Shown: positions 1 to 8,473 of the stretch, in pieces
Position numbering within the stretch: the stretch's first letter is position 1
How the letters are laid out: each line of letters begins with the position of its first letter
The notes under the pieces: generated by a model
Told to the model about the DNA's origin: nothing
The model's input: only the letters and a program-made list of their open reading frames with translations
Databases searched by the model: none
Source: Spirochaetales bacterium
GTDB taxonomy: Bacteria > Spirochaetota > Spirochaetia > DSM-27196 > PWMO01
NCBI GenBank assembly: GCA_007123465.1
Contig: SKLB01000228.1
Coordinates: 1-39,999 of the forward strand
Direction of reading: 5' to 3'
DNA: 39,999 bases
Program-made: the position numbers and the translations under genes

Positions 1-1049
1 CCGCCATCCCGGTCAACGTGCTGCTGCAGCCGCGTGATTACCTGAACGCGTTTCTGCTCTACGCCGGTCTGCTCGTGGGCGGTCTTGCAGCGCTCTTTGC
101 CTTCCGCGGCTTCACCGCGCCGGCGTTCACCTCGTTCTCGGCGGTCGTAGTCGGCGGCAAGCCTACCCCATTCTGGCCGGTGGTTCCGTTGGTGATTGCC
201 TGCGGCTCGCTGTCGGGGTTCCACTCGCTGGTGGCCTCGGGGACCACGTCCAAGCAGCTCACCAACGAGAAGGCCGGTCTGCCGATCGGCTACGGTGTCA
301 TGCTGGTTGAGGGGTTTCTCTCTACAATCGTTGTCATCGCGGTAGCCGGTTTCGGTATGACAGTACTGGCCAATGCCGGACATCCGGTAGCCTTTGCCGA
401 GTGGGGAACGCGCTATAACCCGCAGGCGGCTGCAGCCGGCCTCGGCGGTGCGCCGATGTTCTCTGAAACCTGGGCCGAGATGGTCTCGGTAACCTGGCTC
501 GGCTTCATCCCGCGGCAGTTCCTGGCGATCATCGCCGGCATGTGGGTCTCATCGTTTGCCATGACTACGCTGGATACCACCAACCGTCTGGCGCGCTACT
601 GCCTGGCAGAGATGTTCCTGCCGATCAAGGATAAGGCGGAAGGCGTCTACAGGTTCTTCACCAACCGCTGGATTGCCTCGCTGATTCCCGCGGCGCTCGG
701 AATCTGGCTGGGTTACAGCGGCACATTCGCGATGCTCTGGCCCTCGTTCGGCAGTGCCAACCAGCTGATCGCGTCAATTGCGCTTCTGACCGGAACCGCG
801 TGGGTCACCAAGCGGCTCAAAGCTAAAGCCACCGTGGCCTACATACCGGCTATGGCGCTCTGGATCACCGTAACCGCGGCTATGCTCTGGTACGTGGCAG
901 TACCACTTCCGGCAACCATAGCTTCCGCACCGGCAACCGGCTGGACGGTTATGGTTATCGTTGTAATCATGCTGCTGATGAACTTCCTGTTCATCTTTGA
1001 CTTCTTCAAGACCAAGAATCTTCCCGCTTCGGCGGAAATACAGTCGTGA
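1..1049 (+). CDS. cstA: Carbon starvation protein CstA-family transporter, C-terminal part (5' end lies upstream of the window)
   Basis: The frame is open from the first bases of the window. The translation contains ...VNVLLQPRDYLN... followed by a series of hydrophobic helices typical of the CstA C-terminal half. Stop TGA is at 1047-1049. Confidence 0.7.
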   Translation, partial: AIPVNVLLQPRDYLNAFLLYAGLLVGGLAALFAFRGFTAPAFTSFSAVVVGGKPTPFWPVVPLVIACGSLSGFHSLVASGTTSKQLTNEKAGLPIGYGVMLVEGFLSTIVVIAVAGFGMTVLANAGHPVAFAEWGTRYNPQAAAAGLGGAPMFSETWAEMVSVTWLGFIPRQFLAIIAGMWVSSFAMTTLDTTNRLARYCLAEMFLPIKDKAEGVYRFFTNRWIASLIPAALGIWLGYSGTFAMLWPSFGSANQLIASIALLTGTAWVTKRLKAKATVAYIPAMALWITVTAAMLWYVAVPLPATIASAPATGWTVMVIVVIMLLMNFLFIFDFFKTKNLPASAEIQS

Positions 1050-1381
1050 GCGGGCAGGACCGATCAGGACAACATCAACAACAAGGCGCCTTCGGGCGCC
1101 TTGTTGCATCGACCCGCGGCTTCCTCAGATCGTTCTTCTCCAGTACCGACCAGGCGCATCGCAACAAAGCGGTCGGGCTTACCGAGTGCGAGGTCAGAGA
1201 GCTTGAGAATATGTTTGTCCTGTTGCTGATGGGCTCGTTTACCGGGCTGCCGGCGCCGCCATCGTTCATCTCGGCCGAGCTGCTGCCGCTTATGGAACAC
1301 GAGCTCAAGGTCGCAAACCGCCGCGCCGAAAACGCCGACGATGCGCTGGCCGAAATTGCCGGTTGCTTCGACGTAACCTAA
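1046..1381 (+). CDS. Small protein between cstA and the ArsA-like ATPase, start uncertain (GTG 1046 gives 111 aa, ATG 1211 gives 56 aa)
   Basis: Same orientation as its neighbours, and the GTG start overlaps the cstA stop (GTGA). The only other in-frame start is ATG 1211. The C-terminal half (GLTECEVRELENMFVLLLMGSFTGLPAPPSFISAELLPLMEHELKV) reads like real protein. Codons 12-21 run through a perfect hairpin, which favours the shorter form. It may belong to the small family RefSeq labels cory-CC-star protein, but that is an unverified recollection. Confidence 0.4.
   Translation: MSGQDRSGQHQQQGAFGRLVASTRGFLRSFFSSTDQAHRNKAVGLTECEVRELENMFVLLLMGSFTGLPAPPSFISAELLPLMEHELKVANRRAENADDALAEIAGCFDVT
1079..1106 (+). 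terminator. Perfect 12-bp GC-rich hairpin with UUCG tetraloop, 29 nt after the cstA stop (terminator or processing/stability element)
   Basis: CAACAAGGCGCC-TTCG-GGCGCCTTGTTG, with arms 1079-1090 and 1095-1106 fully complementary. The closing pair and loop form the classic C(UUCG)G. No U-tract follows on the + strand. Confidence 0.45.
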
Positions 1382-1391
1382 GGATACCCTC

Positions 1392-2309
1392 ATGAAAGCA
1401 CTCTTTTTCACAGGTAAAGGCGGCGTGGGCAAATCCACCCTCGCGGCTGCTGCAGCCTGGCAACTCTCCGAACGGGGCTTCAAGGTTCTGGCGGTCTCGT
1501 TTGATCCCGCGCACAACCTTGGCGACCTCTATAACCTGCAGCTGGGCCATAAGAAGAAAAAATTCACCAAGAATCTCTACCTGCAGGAAGCTGATCTGGA
1601 CAAGGCTGCTTCGGCGTATATCGCGCAGAATATCGACATATTGAACGAGGTCTACAGTTACACCCGCGCCTTCAATATGGATCTCTATTTCAAAGTGTTA
1701 CGCTATTCACCGGGTGTAGAAGAGTACGCCTCGCTGACGATTATGGAAGAGATCTTCCGCAGCGAGACCGGCTTCGATTACATAGTCTTCGACACGCCTC
1801 CAACCGGACTCACGCTGAGGATTCTGGCGCTACCCAATATTACGGTTACCTGGATCGATCGACTGCGCCGAATCAGGAAGCAGATCCTCGAGAAGCGCTA
1901 TACGATTCACAATATCAGTGGACAGTACATAGAAAAGGGAGTGCGCCTGGCGTACCAGGAAGAAGACGATCGGGTCATCAAGAAGCTGGATGAATTGTGG
2001 AAACGCTATGCCGGGGTTTACAAGATTCTCAAGAGCGATAGCACCAAGCTGTGCGTTGTCTTCAACCCCGATTACCTTTCGTTGCGCGAGTCGCAACGCA
2101 TCATCACCGGATTCAAGGACCTGCAGCTCGGCCTGCACGTAGCCTACAACAACAAGTATCAGGACAGCCTCTCCAATGTGGCTCAAGACGTCGAGCAGCG
2201 ATTGCTCAACGGCATTACGGGAGTTGATCTTGTACGTGTTCCTATGCATGATTACGTGCGTGAGAGCGCCTACGCCTTTGATTTTGACGTAACCGCGCCT
2301 TTCCGCTGA
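1392..2309 (+). CDS. ArsA/GET3-family P-loop ATPase (single-domain, ArsA-related)
   Basis: Deviant Walker A FFTGKGGVGKST, DPAHNL signature, FDTPPTGLTLRIL (the ArsA DTAPTGHT-like motif). AAGGA RBS lies 7-8 nt upstream of the ATG. Confidence 0.85.
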   Translation: MKALFFTGKGGVGKSTLAAAAAWQLSERGFKVLAVSFDPAHNLGDLYNLQLGHKKKKFTKNLYLQEADLDKAASAYIAQNIDILNEVYSYTRAFNMDLYFKVLRYSPGVEEYASLTIMEEIFRSETGFDYIVFDTPPTGLTLRILALPNITVTWIDRLRRIRKQILEKRYTIHNISGQYIEKGVRLAYQEEDDRVIKKLDELWKRYAGVYKILKSDSTKLCVVFNPDYLSLRESQRIITGFKDLQLGLHVAYNNKYQDSLSNVAQDVEQRLLNGITGVDLVRVPMHDYVRESAYAFDFDVTAPFR

Positions 2310-2337
2310 CCAGTCTACCAAGAGGAACCACTCACCG

Positions 2338-3030
2338 ATGCAGACCGACATAGTACAGCAACCGCTATTCTACCTGTTTATCGCAGTCACTATCCTGATC
2401 TCGCTCGGCTACTCGTGGGGCAAGCGGCGTAACCGGCGTATCTATCTCTCCGCGTTCGACGCCATAACCCGGGTAATCCAGCCAAAAGATCAGCAGTTCA
2501 CCAACATCGGCGGTCTCACCGGATACCACGCCAACTTCGTACCGCACAAAAACCGCTTCATCAGACGACTGGACGCTACCATCACTATGCTGCCGCGGCA
2601 GTCGTGGCTCTATTACCCGGTATCTCGACTGATCCGCAGGTTCGACCGGCTCTTTCTGGCGTATCACCTTTCTCCCAAAGCCGCCGGTGTGCTCCAAGAG
2701 GGTCACCTGATAGAAAAGGGCTACTCACGGTTTGCCGGCGCCAGCATTGAAAATGAAGACAGCCTGACCCGCGAGACAATCGACTGGGGCGGATTGACCT
2801 TCTTTTTCTATTACCAGGATCAACAGATCCGAACTCGGCTGGAACAGCTGCGCGAACAGATAGGTGATCCCGGCCCGTTGCGCCACGTAGCGCTGGTACC
2901 CGAACAGGACCGATTGTTTGTTTTTATGATACCGCGCATCGGCCAGGTAGAACACGTGATTGCTACGGTGACACACTGGTTCACCGAACTTGTGGAATCA
3001 CGTTTACCATTGCGGCAGGAGCGCCACTAA
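2338..3030 (+). CDS. Hypothetical membrane-anchored protein (one N-terminal TM helix, no recognisable domain)
   Basis: 230-aa ORF with an AGAGGA RBS. N-terminal hydrophobic helix LFYLFIAVTILISLGY is followed by a KRRNRR stop-transfer. It lies 28 nt after the ArsA-like gene. Confidence 0.6.
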   Translation: MQTDIVQQPLFYLFIAVTILISLGYSWGKRRNRRIYLSAFDAITRVIQPKDQQFTNIGGLTGYHANFVPHKNRFIRRLDATITMLPRQSWLYYPVSRLIRRFDRLFLAYHLSPKAAGVLQEGHLIEKGYSRFAGASIENEDSLTRETIDWGGLTFFFYYQDQQIRTRLEQLREQIGDPGPLRHVALVPEQDRLFVFMIPRIGQVEHVIATVTHWFTELVESRLPLRQERH

Positions 3031-3064
3031 CTCACAGGATTGTTGAACATGCTTACCTGGTAGT

Positions 3065-4288
3065 ATGGCAGCGATAAAGAAGCACTCACCGCTACTCTAC
3101 ATCCTGTTGTTCATTCTGGCGCACTTCTTTCACCATCTGATGACCGCGCTGGTGGTACCGCTGCTGCCGTTCATCCGCGACGGCTTCGACTTGAGCTACG
3201 CCCAGTCCGGGTTGGTAGTGTCCGCCTTCACGCTGGCTTACGGAATCGGACAGCTGCCGGCAGGCTGGCTGGCAGACCGTATCGGACCGCGCTACGTGTT
3301 GACCGTAGGCGTTGCCGGTGTGGCACTCGCCGGAGCGGCGGTTGGGCTCTCGCAGCGCTGGGAAACCCTGATTATCTTTCTGATCTGCATGGGAATAGCC
3401 GGCGGCGGCTATCATCCGGCCGCGGCACCGCTGATCTCGGCTGCTGTCCCGCCGGCGCAGCGCGGACGCGCCCTGGGGCTGCATCTGATTGGCGGTAGCG
3501 CCAGTCACCTGGCCGCGCCGCTTGCGGGAGTCTTGATTGCCGGCTGGCTCGGCTGGCGAGCATCGTTCCTGGTACTTTCACTGCCGGTGCTGCTGTTTGG
3601 TGCAGCCCTCTTTGTAATACTGACTCAGCACGAGATCCGCGCCCGAGCCGGACGCGCTGCACGCAGCGACGCATCGATCAACGAGGAAGCCGAAACCCCT
3701 GCACGGCCGGCGCTGATTGCGGTCTTCCTGATCATGACCGCATCGGTTGGCGCGTTCACCGGGTCCAGCATCGCCTTTCTGCCGCTCTACCTGGTAGACA
3801 TCTTCGGGGTCTCGGAAGAGGCTGCCGCGGTGTTCCTCTCAGCCTTCTACGCAACCGGAATCTGGGCCTCGCCTCTGGGAGGCGCCGCCTCGGACCGTTT
3901 TGGCCCGCTAACGGTGTTCCTGATACTCGCGCTTGCTGTCGGGCCACTGATCGTTCTGCTGGCTGTGGCCGGCAGCTGGATAGTGGCAGCCCTGGTGATG
4001 CTCGGTGTTGGGATCACGCTCTTCGTGCGAATGCCGGTCTCCGAGACCTACCTGGTCTCTTCGGTACGCAGGCGCAACCGCTCTACGGTACTGGGTATCT
4101 ATTTTTTTGCCGGCATGGAGGCCAGCGGCGTCATTACACCCATTCTCGGTTGGCTCATTGACGTCTATGGTTTCCGCCGTGGTTACGCTTCGGTTGGCGC
4201 CCTGCTGACGCTGATCATTGTCTGCGGCTGCGTAGTCCTGCTTGGTCTCTCGCGCCGGGACCGCGCACGTCTACGGCTGCAGTCCTGA
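3065..4288 (+). CDS. MFS transporter
   Basis: 407 aa with about 12 predicted hydrophobic helices. MFS motif-A-like GQLPAGWLADRIGPR after TM2. Confidence 0.8.
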   Translation: MAAIKKHSPLLYILLFILAHFFHHLMTALVVPLLPFIRDGFDLSYAQSGLVVSAFTLAYGIGQLPAGWLADRIGPRYVLTVGVAGVALAGAAVGLSQRWETLIIFLICMGIAGGGYHPAAAPLISAAVPPAQRGRALGLHLIGGSASHLAAPLAGVLIAGWLGWRASFLVLSLPVLLFGAALFVILTQHEIRARAGRAARSDASINEEAETPARPALIAVFLIMTASVGAFTGSSIAFLPLYLVDIFGVSEEAAAVFLSAFYATGIWASPLGGAASDRFGPLTVFLILALAVGPLIVLLAVAGSWIVAALVMLGVGITLFVRMPVSETYLVSSVRRRNRSTVLGIYFFAGMEASGVITPILGWLIDVYGFRRGYASVGALLTLIIVCGCVVLLGLSRRDRARLRLQS

Positions 4289-5311
4289 ATGCTGAGGACC
4301 GCCTTCACGCCGAACAATCCCCCGCAGCAGGCGGCCCAGAATATCGGAGCCGGTGATTACCCGTTTTTCGTCGCCCCAGTAGAGAATGATGTCCTGGTCG
4401 ACTACGTCATCATCGGCGCGTTCGGGGTGAACTTTCAACCGCGGCAACAGCTCACCGAGGCGTGTCTGGGGGTCACGGACCATGATTGGACGGTGACAGT
4501 GGCGCAGCGCTACAAAGCGTTGAGGCGAGAACAGCGCCTCGCGGAGGAAGCTTGCTGCGTTGAGCGTCAGGTGCGGCTGACCGGCACTGTCGACCAGGAT
4601 AACCCATTTCTTCTTTGATGCATCCAGCCGCCGCAAAAAATCGTCCGCTGGAGACAAACTCAGCGTGGGGAACAGCGGGTTCCCATCGCGGAACTCGAGC
4701 TCGATGATGCTGTCCGGATCGATACGCTCGCCCTCTTCGCACACCGGCACATCGTCGATAGCCAGAAAGTTGAGACTGCCGGTACCCTCAACGCTTCCAA
4801 TGTCGCTTTCAGGCGCCAACGAGTGCAGCCGGATGAGCTCCTGAAGGTCTGCCTCCTTGAAGTATCGGATACCCTCGGGGCCAAGCAGCCGGTCGAGCAG
4901 CAGGGCGGTAGGCCACGCTATAGGAAACAACAGCAGCTGGTAGAAGCGGATCACCGGTGACAACGCTGCTGCAATCCGGAGCGCGTGGCGCGAGAAATAA
5001 GCCTGCGGGATGATCTCGCCCACAATTGTGATCAGCACCGTAGAAAACAGAAACGCCGTTATCCCGGCGAGCACCGATTCGGCCAGCAGCGCCAGCAGGA
5101 CGTTCACCGCCACGTTGGCCCATAGAATAGTGACCAGCAGGAAGTTGGCGTTGCTGCGCAGCGCCAGAACCCGCTCAGCGTAGCGGTTGTTGCGCTGTGA
5201 CTCCACCTCCAGCCGTAAACGGCTGACACTGAAGAACGCCAGATTCAAGCCCGACAGCGTAGCGGACTGCGAAATGCAGAGCACAATGCCGATCCAGATG
5301 ATTGTTCTCAA
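4271..5311 (-). CDS. DUF21/CNNM transmembrane-domain protein (hemolysin-C/CorC-like family)
   Basis: N-terminus IIWIGIVLCISQSATLSGLNLAFFSVSRLRLEV plus 3 further TM helices resembles the DUF21 domain, followed by a soluble CBS-like region. TTG start. The 3' end overlaps the MFS gene by 18 nt (convergent). Confidence 0.6.
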   Translation of the reverse strand: MRTIIWIGIVLCISQSATLSGLNLAFFSVSRLRLEVESQRNNRYAERVLALRSNANFLLVTILWANVAVNVLLALLAESVLAGITAFLFSTVLITIVGEIIPQAYFSRHALRIAAALSPVIRFYQLLLFPIAWPTALLLDRLLGPEGIRYFKEADLQELIRLHSLAPESDIGSVEGTGSLNFLAIDDVPVCEEGERIDPDSIIELEFRDGNPLFPTLSLSPADDFLRRLDASKKKWVILVDSAGQPHLTLNAASFLREALFSPQRFVALRHCHRPIMVRDPQTRLGELLPRLKVHPERADDDVVDQDIILYWGDEKRVITGSDILGRLLRGIVRREGGPQHSGLQP

Positions 5312-5347
5312 TTGCTGCCTCGCTTGAAGCCGTTGACACGCCCGGTA

Positions 5348-7627
5348 TCAACGCGCGCTGGTACGCGCTGCGTAGCCGATCTCATCGAGCAGAATACTGC
5401 CCGCCTGCTCAGGATCAAAGACAAAGCGAATCTCGCCAATTTCGTCAAGCTGCAGCCCGCCGGCGGCGGCCGACTCCAGCGGTACGCGAAAACTGTGCAA
5501 GACGGTTTCCTGCGGTTGCATCAGCGCGCGCTCGAGTGCGCCCAACTTTGAGTACTGGATCACCAGCGGCGGTGGCAGCGGCTGCAGCGAGTCCAGCGCA
5601 ACGCGACTGCTGTTGCCGCTGCGGTCGGTCAACTGCAGCGCAATACGCAACGGTTCCAGCCGCTGCCCCGCTGACGGCCGCCGAGCGTCGGCCAGGGAGA
5701 ACAGCAGTTCACCGTCGCTTGTGAATATAGAGCTCACGGGTGCGGGCAGCTTTACCGAGAAATGAGCTTTGCTTGCTGCAGCACTCCAGCTGATAGCGCG
5801 GGCGCGGTTGCCGCTCTGCCTCCCGAGCGCGCGCAGCGTTACTTCCTGATTGATCCAACTGTCGAGTCCTGCGCCCTCGAAGACCACGCCGGTCTCGCTA
5901 CCCACTGTGGGGTCAACGTCTGAATCAAAATCAGCTATCACGCTGCGGCCGCCGTCACGGTAGCGCTGCAACACCCACTCATCGGACATGAGCTGGCGTG
6001 CTATCCACGGCCGCTGCAGGACGGCCCGCGCTTGCCGCCGCCCGCGCAGCGAAGCCTCCACAAACGCGGTTACATACTGCCGCGTCAGCCGCTGCTGCGC
6101 GGCCGGCTCGAGCTGCGCCGCGCGGTTTACCAGCTGGCCGAACGGAAAAGACATGTCCGCGTGAGCCGGCGTTGTGCTGAATCCGCTGTGGCTGCCGCGA
6201 TACAGATACGCCAGCGCTTTGAAACCGTCAGCGCCTGGAAAGACCCGCTCGTACTGCGCAAGGCCCATGAACAACGCCACATCGCCGTCGTGCCCCCCGT
6301 GCAGCAGCAGATAATCAACCGCCTCCAGTTCAATAGCGGCACCGCCGGGCCGATAAAACCCTTCGCTCGGTGCCAGCGCAACCACGCCGGCGATATTGAA
6401 TCCATAGTCGAATTTGATTTCAGGCCGGTCCGGATGCGCCGACAAACCGTTGAAAAGCGCTGCTGCGGCAGCCGCTTCGCCGCCACGCGAATGGCCCACT
6501 AACGCGATCTGTGACAAATCGACGCGATCGAACCACGGCGATGCCGGGTCTGCGCTCCATCCGCGCCACAACCGAAGGTGTTCAAGCAGCAGCCAGGCGC
6601 GCGCGGGAATCTCCTGGCGCTGGTAACCCTCTCCGAGCCACGAAAAATTGAGAAAGTTCTGATCGACCGATACGGCGATGTAGCCGTGCGAAGCCAGCTG
6701 CTCCCCCAGGTAGTCATAGCCCAGCTCGGCCCGCCGATGCATCGGGTGGTTACCGTGAACCATCACTACCAGGGGATAGGATTCAGCGCCGACGCGGTTG
6801 CTGATTTGTGGCGCCCAGACCACGCCGGCCAGCGGAACCCCGGTTTCATCAAAGCCCCAGTAGCGCCGGCGGACCCGGCCGTCGAGCCCCTTGGCGGAAG
6901 GCAGCAGCGAGGATATGTCCACGGAGTCGTTCTGCAGACCGTAGCTGCTACGCTCTACCTGGTACGGCCCCGGCTCGCCCAGAGCGAGCAGCTGTAGCGC
7001 GGCAGGATCCGCGGCGTGCGCAGTCTCCGCGGCTGCCGCAGGAAGCGGGGCTGCGGCCAGATGTGCGTCGCTTCCGGCGCCGAGAAACCAGACCAACCAT
7101 GCAGCGTAGACTCCAACTGAGACCAAAGCAAATCCGGCAAGCGCAGCGCGCCGCAGTGTTGCCCGGCCGCTGGGATCGTTACGACTTTGAAGCGCCTTGA
7201 TGACCGCGCCAAGGCCGCCGCCCAGCAGCGCATGCACAGGTACAACTATCAGGGCCATCAACAGCGCCATTGGGACAAAGGTGCCCTGGAAAGACAGCAG
7301 CGCGGTCAGCGCCAGCACACCGGTTGCGACAGCGTAGCAGAAGCTGCGTGGAATAAGCTGCACCACAAAGCCAAACAGCAGAAGCACCGCCGCGCAGATC
7401 AGCAATGCTGCTATCGCCAGCGGGGCAACCAACAACCCAACCGGAACGCTGCCGATCGGATCGACGCCCCTTACCTTCCAGACCGCTACCGCCAGTACCG
7501 CAATGGAACTGAACAGGAACACAGCGGCGGCCGACAAGCGGGCGCCGGGCGAGCCCGAGAACATAGTGTGTGGACGGGTTTTCACCACCGGCCTCCATGC
7601 AATGTGCAGCGCAACAGACGCAATCAT
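5348..7627 (-). CDS. Polytopic-membrane-anchored alpha/beta hydrolase (PAF-acetylhydrolase/chlorophyllase-like), start uncertain (7627 or the ATG at MFSGSP, about 7564)
   Basis: About 200 aa of N-terminal hydrophobic helices. Then the nucleophile elbow VGHSRGGEAA (G-x-S-x-G) preceded by VMVHGNH. A beta-rich C-terminal region of about 250 aa follows. Confidence 0.6.
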   Translation of the reverse strand: MIASVALHIAWRPVVKTRPHTMFSGSPGARLSAAAVFLFSSIAVLAVAVWKVRGVDPIGSVPVGLLVAPLAIAALLICAAVLLLFGFVVQLIPRSFCYAVATGVLALTALLSFQGTFVPMALLMALIVVPVHALLGGGLGAVIKALQSRNDPSGRATLRRAALAGFALVSVGVYAAWLVWFLGAGSDAHLAAAPLPAAAAETAHAADPAALQLLALGEPGPYQVERSSYGLQNDSVDISSLLPSAKGLDGRVRRRYWGFDETGVPLAGVVWAPQISNRVGAESYPLVVMVHGNHPMHRRAELGYDYLGEQLASHGYIAVSVDQNFLNFSWLGEGYQRQEIPARAWLLLEHLRLWRGWSADPASPWFDRVDLSQIALVGHSRGGEAAAAAALFNGLSAHPDRPEIKFDYGFNIAGVVALAPSEGFYRPGGAAIELEAVDYLLLHGGHDGDVALFMGLAQYERVFPGADGFKALAYLYRGSHSGFSTTPAHADMSFPFGQLVNRAAQLEPAAQQRLTRQYVTAFVEASLRGRRQARAVLQRPWIARQLMSDEWVLQRYRDGGRSVIADFDSDVDPTVGSETGVVFEGAGLDSWINQEVTLRALGRQSGNRARAISWSAAASKAHFSVKLPAPVSSIFTSDGELLFSLADARRPSAGQRLEPLRIALQLTDRSGNSSRVALDSLQPLPPPLVIQYSKLGALERALMQPQETVLHSFRVPLESAAAGGLQLDEIGEIRFVFDPEQAGSILLDEIGYAARTSAR

Positions 7628-7661
7628 AGCAGCACTGCGGCGTCACCGCAATCCGGCGCCG

Positions 7662-7692
7662 TTTCGCGGCAACTGCTGGATTTCGCGGCAAC
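7662..7692. repeat. Two exact copies of TTTCGCGGCAAC spaced 19 bp apart in a divergent intergenic region (candidate operator)
   Basis: Copies at 7662-7673 and 7681-7692 are identical 12-mers. They lie between the hydrolase gene (-) and the amidotransferase gene (+). Confidence 0.35.
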
Positions 7693-7731
7693 GGGTTGCG
7701 GTACTGGTGCGTCGCTGAGTATCATAGACCG

Positions 7732-8466
7732 ATGCGAGCCCACTACCTGCAGCACGTTGACTTTGAGGGTCTCGGTTCGATTGAAGCCTGGCTGCTAAAC
7801 GCCGGATATACGATCAGCAACAGCGCCTTTTTTCAGCCGCCCGAGTTGCGCAATCCCCTGCCGAGCCCCGCCGACGTTGACCTGCTGGTGGTATTGGGTG
7901 GGCCCATGAGCGCCAATGACGAGCAGGCGTTCAGCTGGCTGGCCACCGAGAAGCGCTTCATCCGCGACTGCATCCACGCCGGAACCCCGGTGCTGGGCAT
8001 CTGCCTCGGAGCGCAGCTGATAGCGGCAGCCCTCGGTGCGCGCGTCTATCCCAACTCCCAGAAGGAAATCGGCTGGTTTGCGCTGCAGGCGGTCGGTGAC
8101 AATGCAACCGACCTGCTGCGGCTGCCCGATGCTATGCAGGTATTTCATTGGCACGCAGAGACCTTTGACCTGCCGGCGGAGGCAGTCCTGCTGGCAAGAA
8201 GCAACGCCTGTACCAATCAGGCGTTCCAGGTCGGACGCTCGGTTGTGGCTCTGCAGTTCCATTTGGAGACTACGCCGCAGTCGGCACAAGCGCTGCTGGA
8301 CAACTGCGGCAATGACCTTGTCAGTGCCCGCTACGTCCAGTCGGCCGAGACTATCCTGGCGGCTCCTGCTGAGCGCTACCGAAGCATCAACGCGGTAATG
8401 GAGCAGGTGCTGAGGTTTCTCACCAGCAACGCTGCGTCACCCTCGCACCGCCCAGCGGGAGGATAG
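7732..8466 (+). CDS. Class I glutamine amidotransferase-like protein (GuaA-type GATase domain only)
   Basis: MRAHYLQHVDFEGLG start, nucleophile motif GICLGAQL, HWH and LQFHLE (His/Glu) near the C-terminus. The ORF-track start at 7696 is probably an upstream extension. Confidence 0.8.
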   Translation: MRAHYLQHVDFEGLGSIEAWLLNAGYTISNSAFFQPPELRNPLPSPADVDLLVVLGGPMSANDEQAFSWLATEKRFIRDCIHAGTPVLGICLGAQLIAAALGARVYPNSQKEIGWFALQAVGDNATDLLRLPDAMQVFHWHAETFDLPAEAVLLARSNACTNQAFQVGRSVVALQFHLETTPQSAQALLDNCGNDLVSARYVQSAETILAAPAERYRSINAVMEQVLRFLTSNAASPSHRPAGG

Positions 8467-8473
8467 CAAGGCC

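Noticed and set aside
7179-7798. 170-aa (-) and 203-aa (+) ORFs over the 5' region of the hydrolase gene and the intergenic region
   Set aside because: They are Arg/Gln/Cys-rich translations that overlap the hydrophobic N-terminal domain of the hydrolase in other frames, with no motifs.
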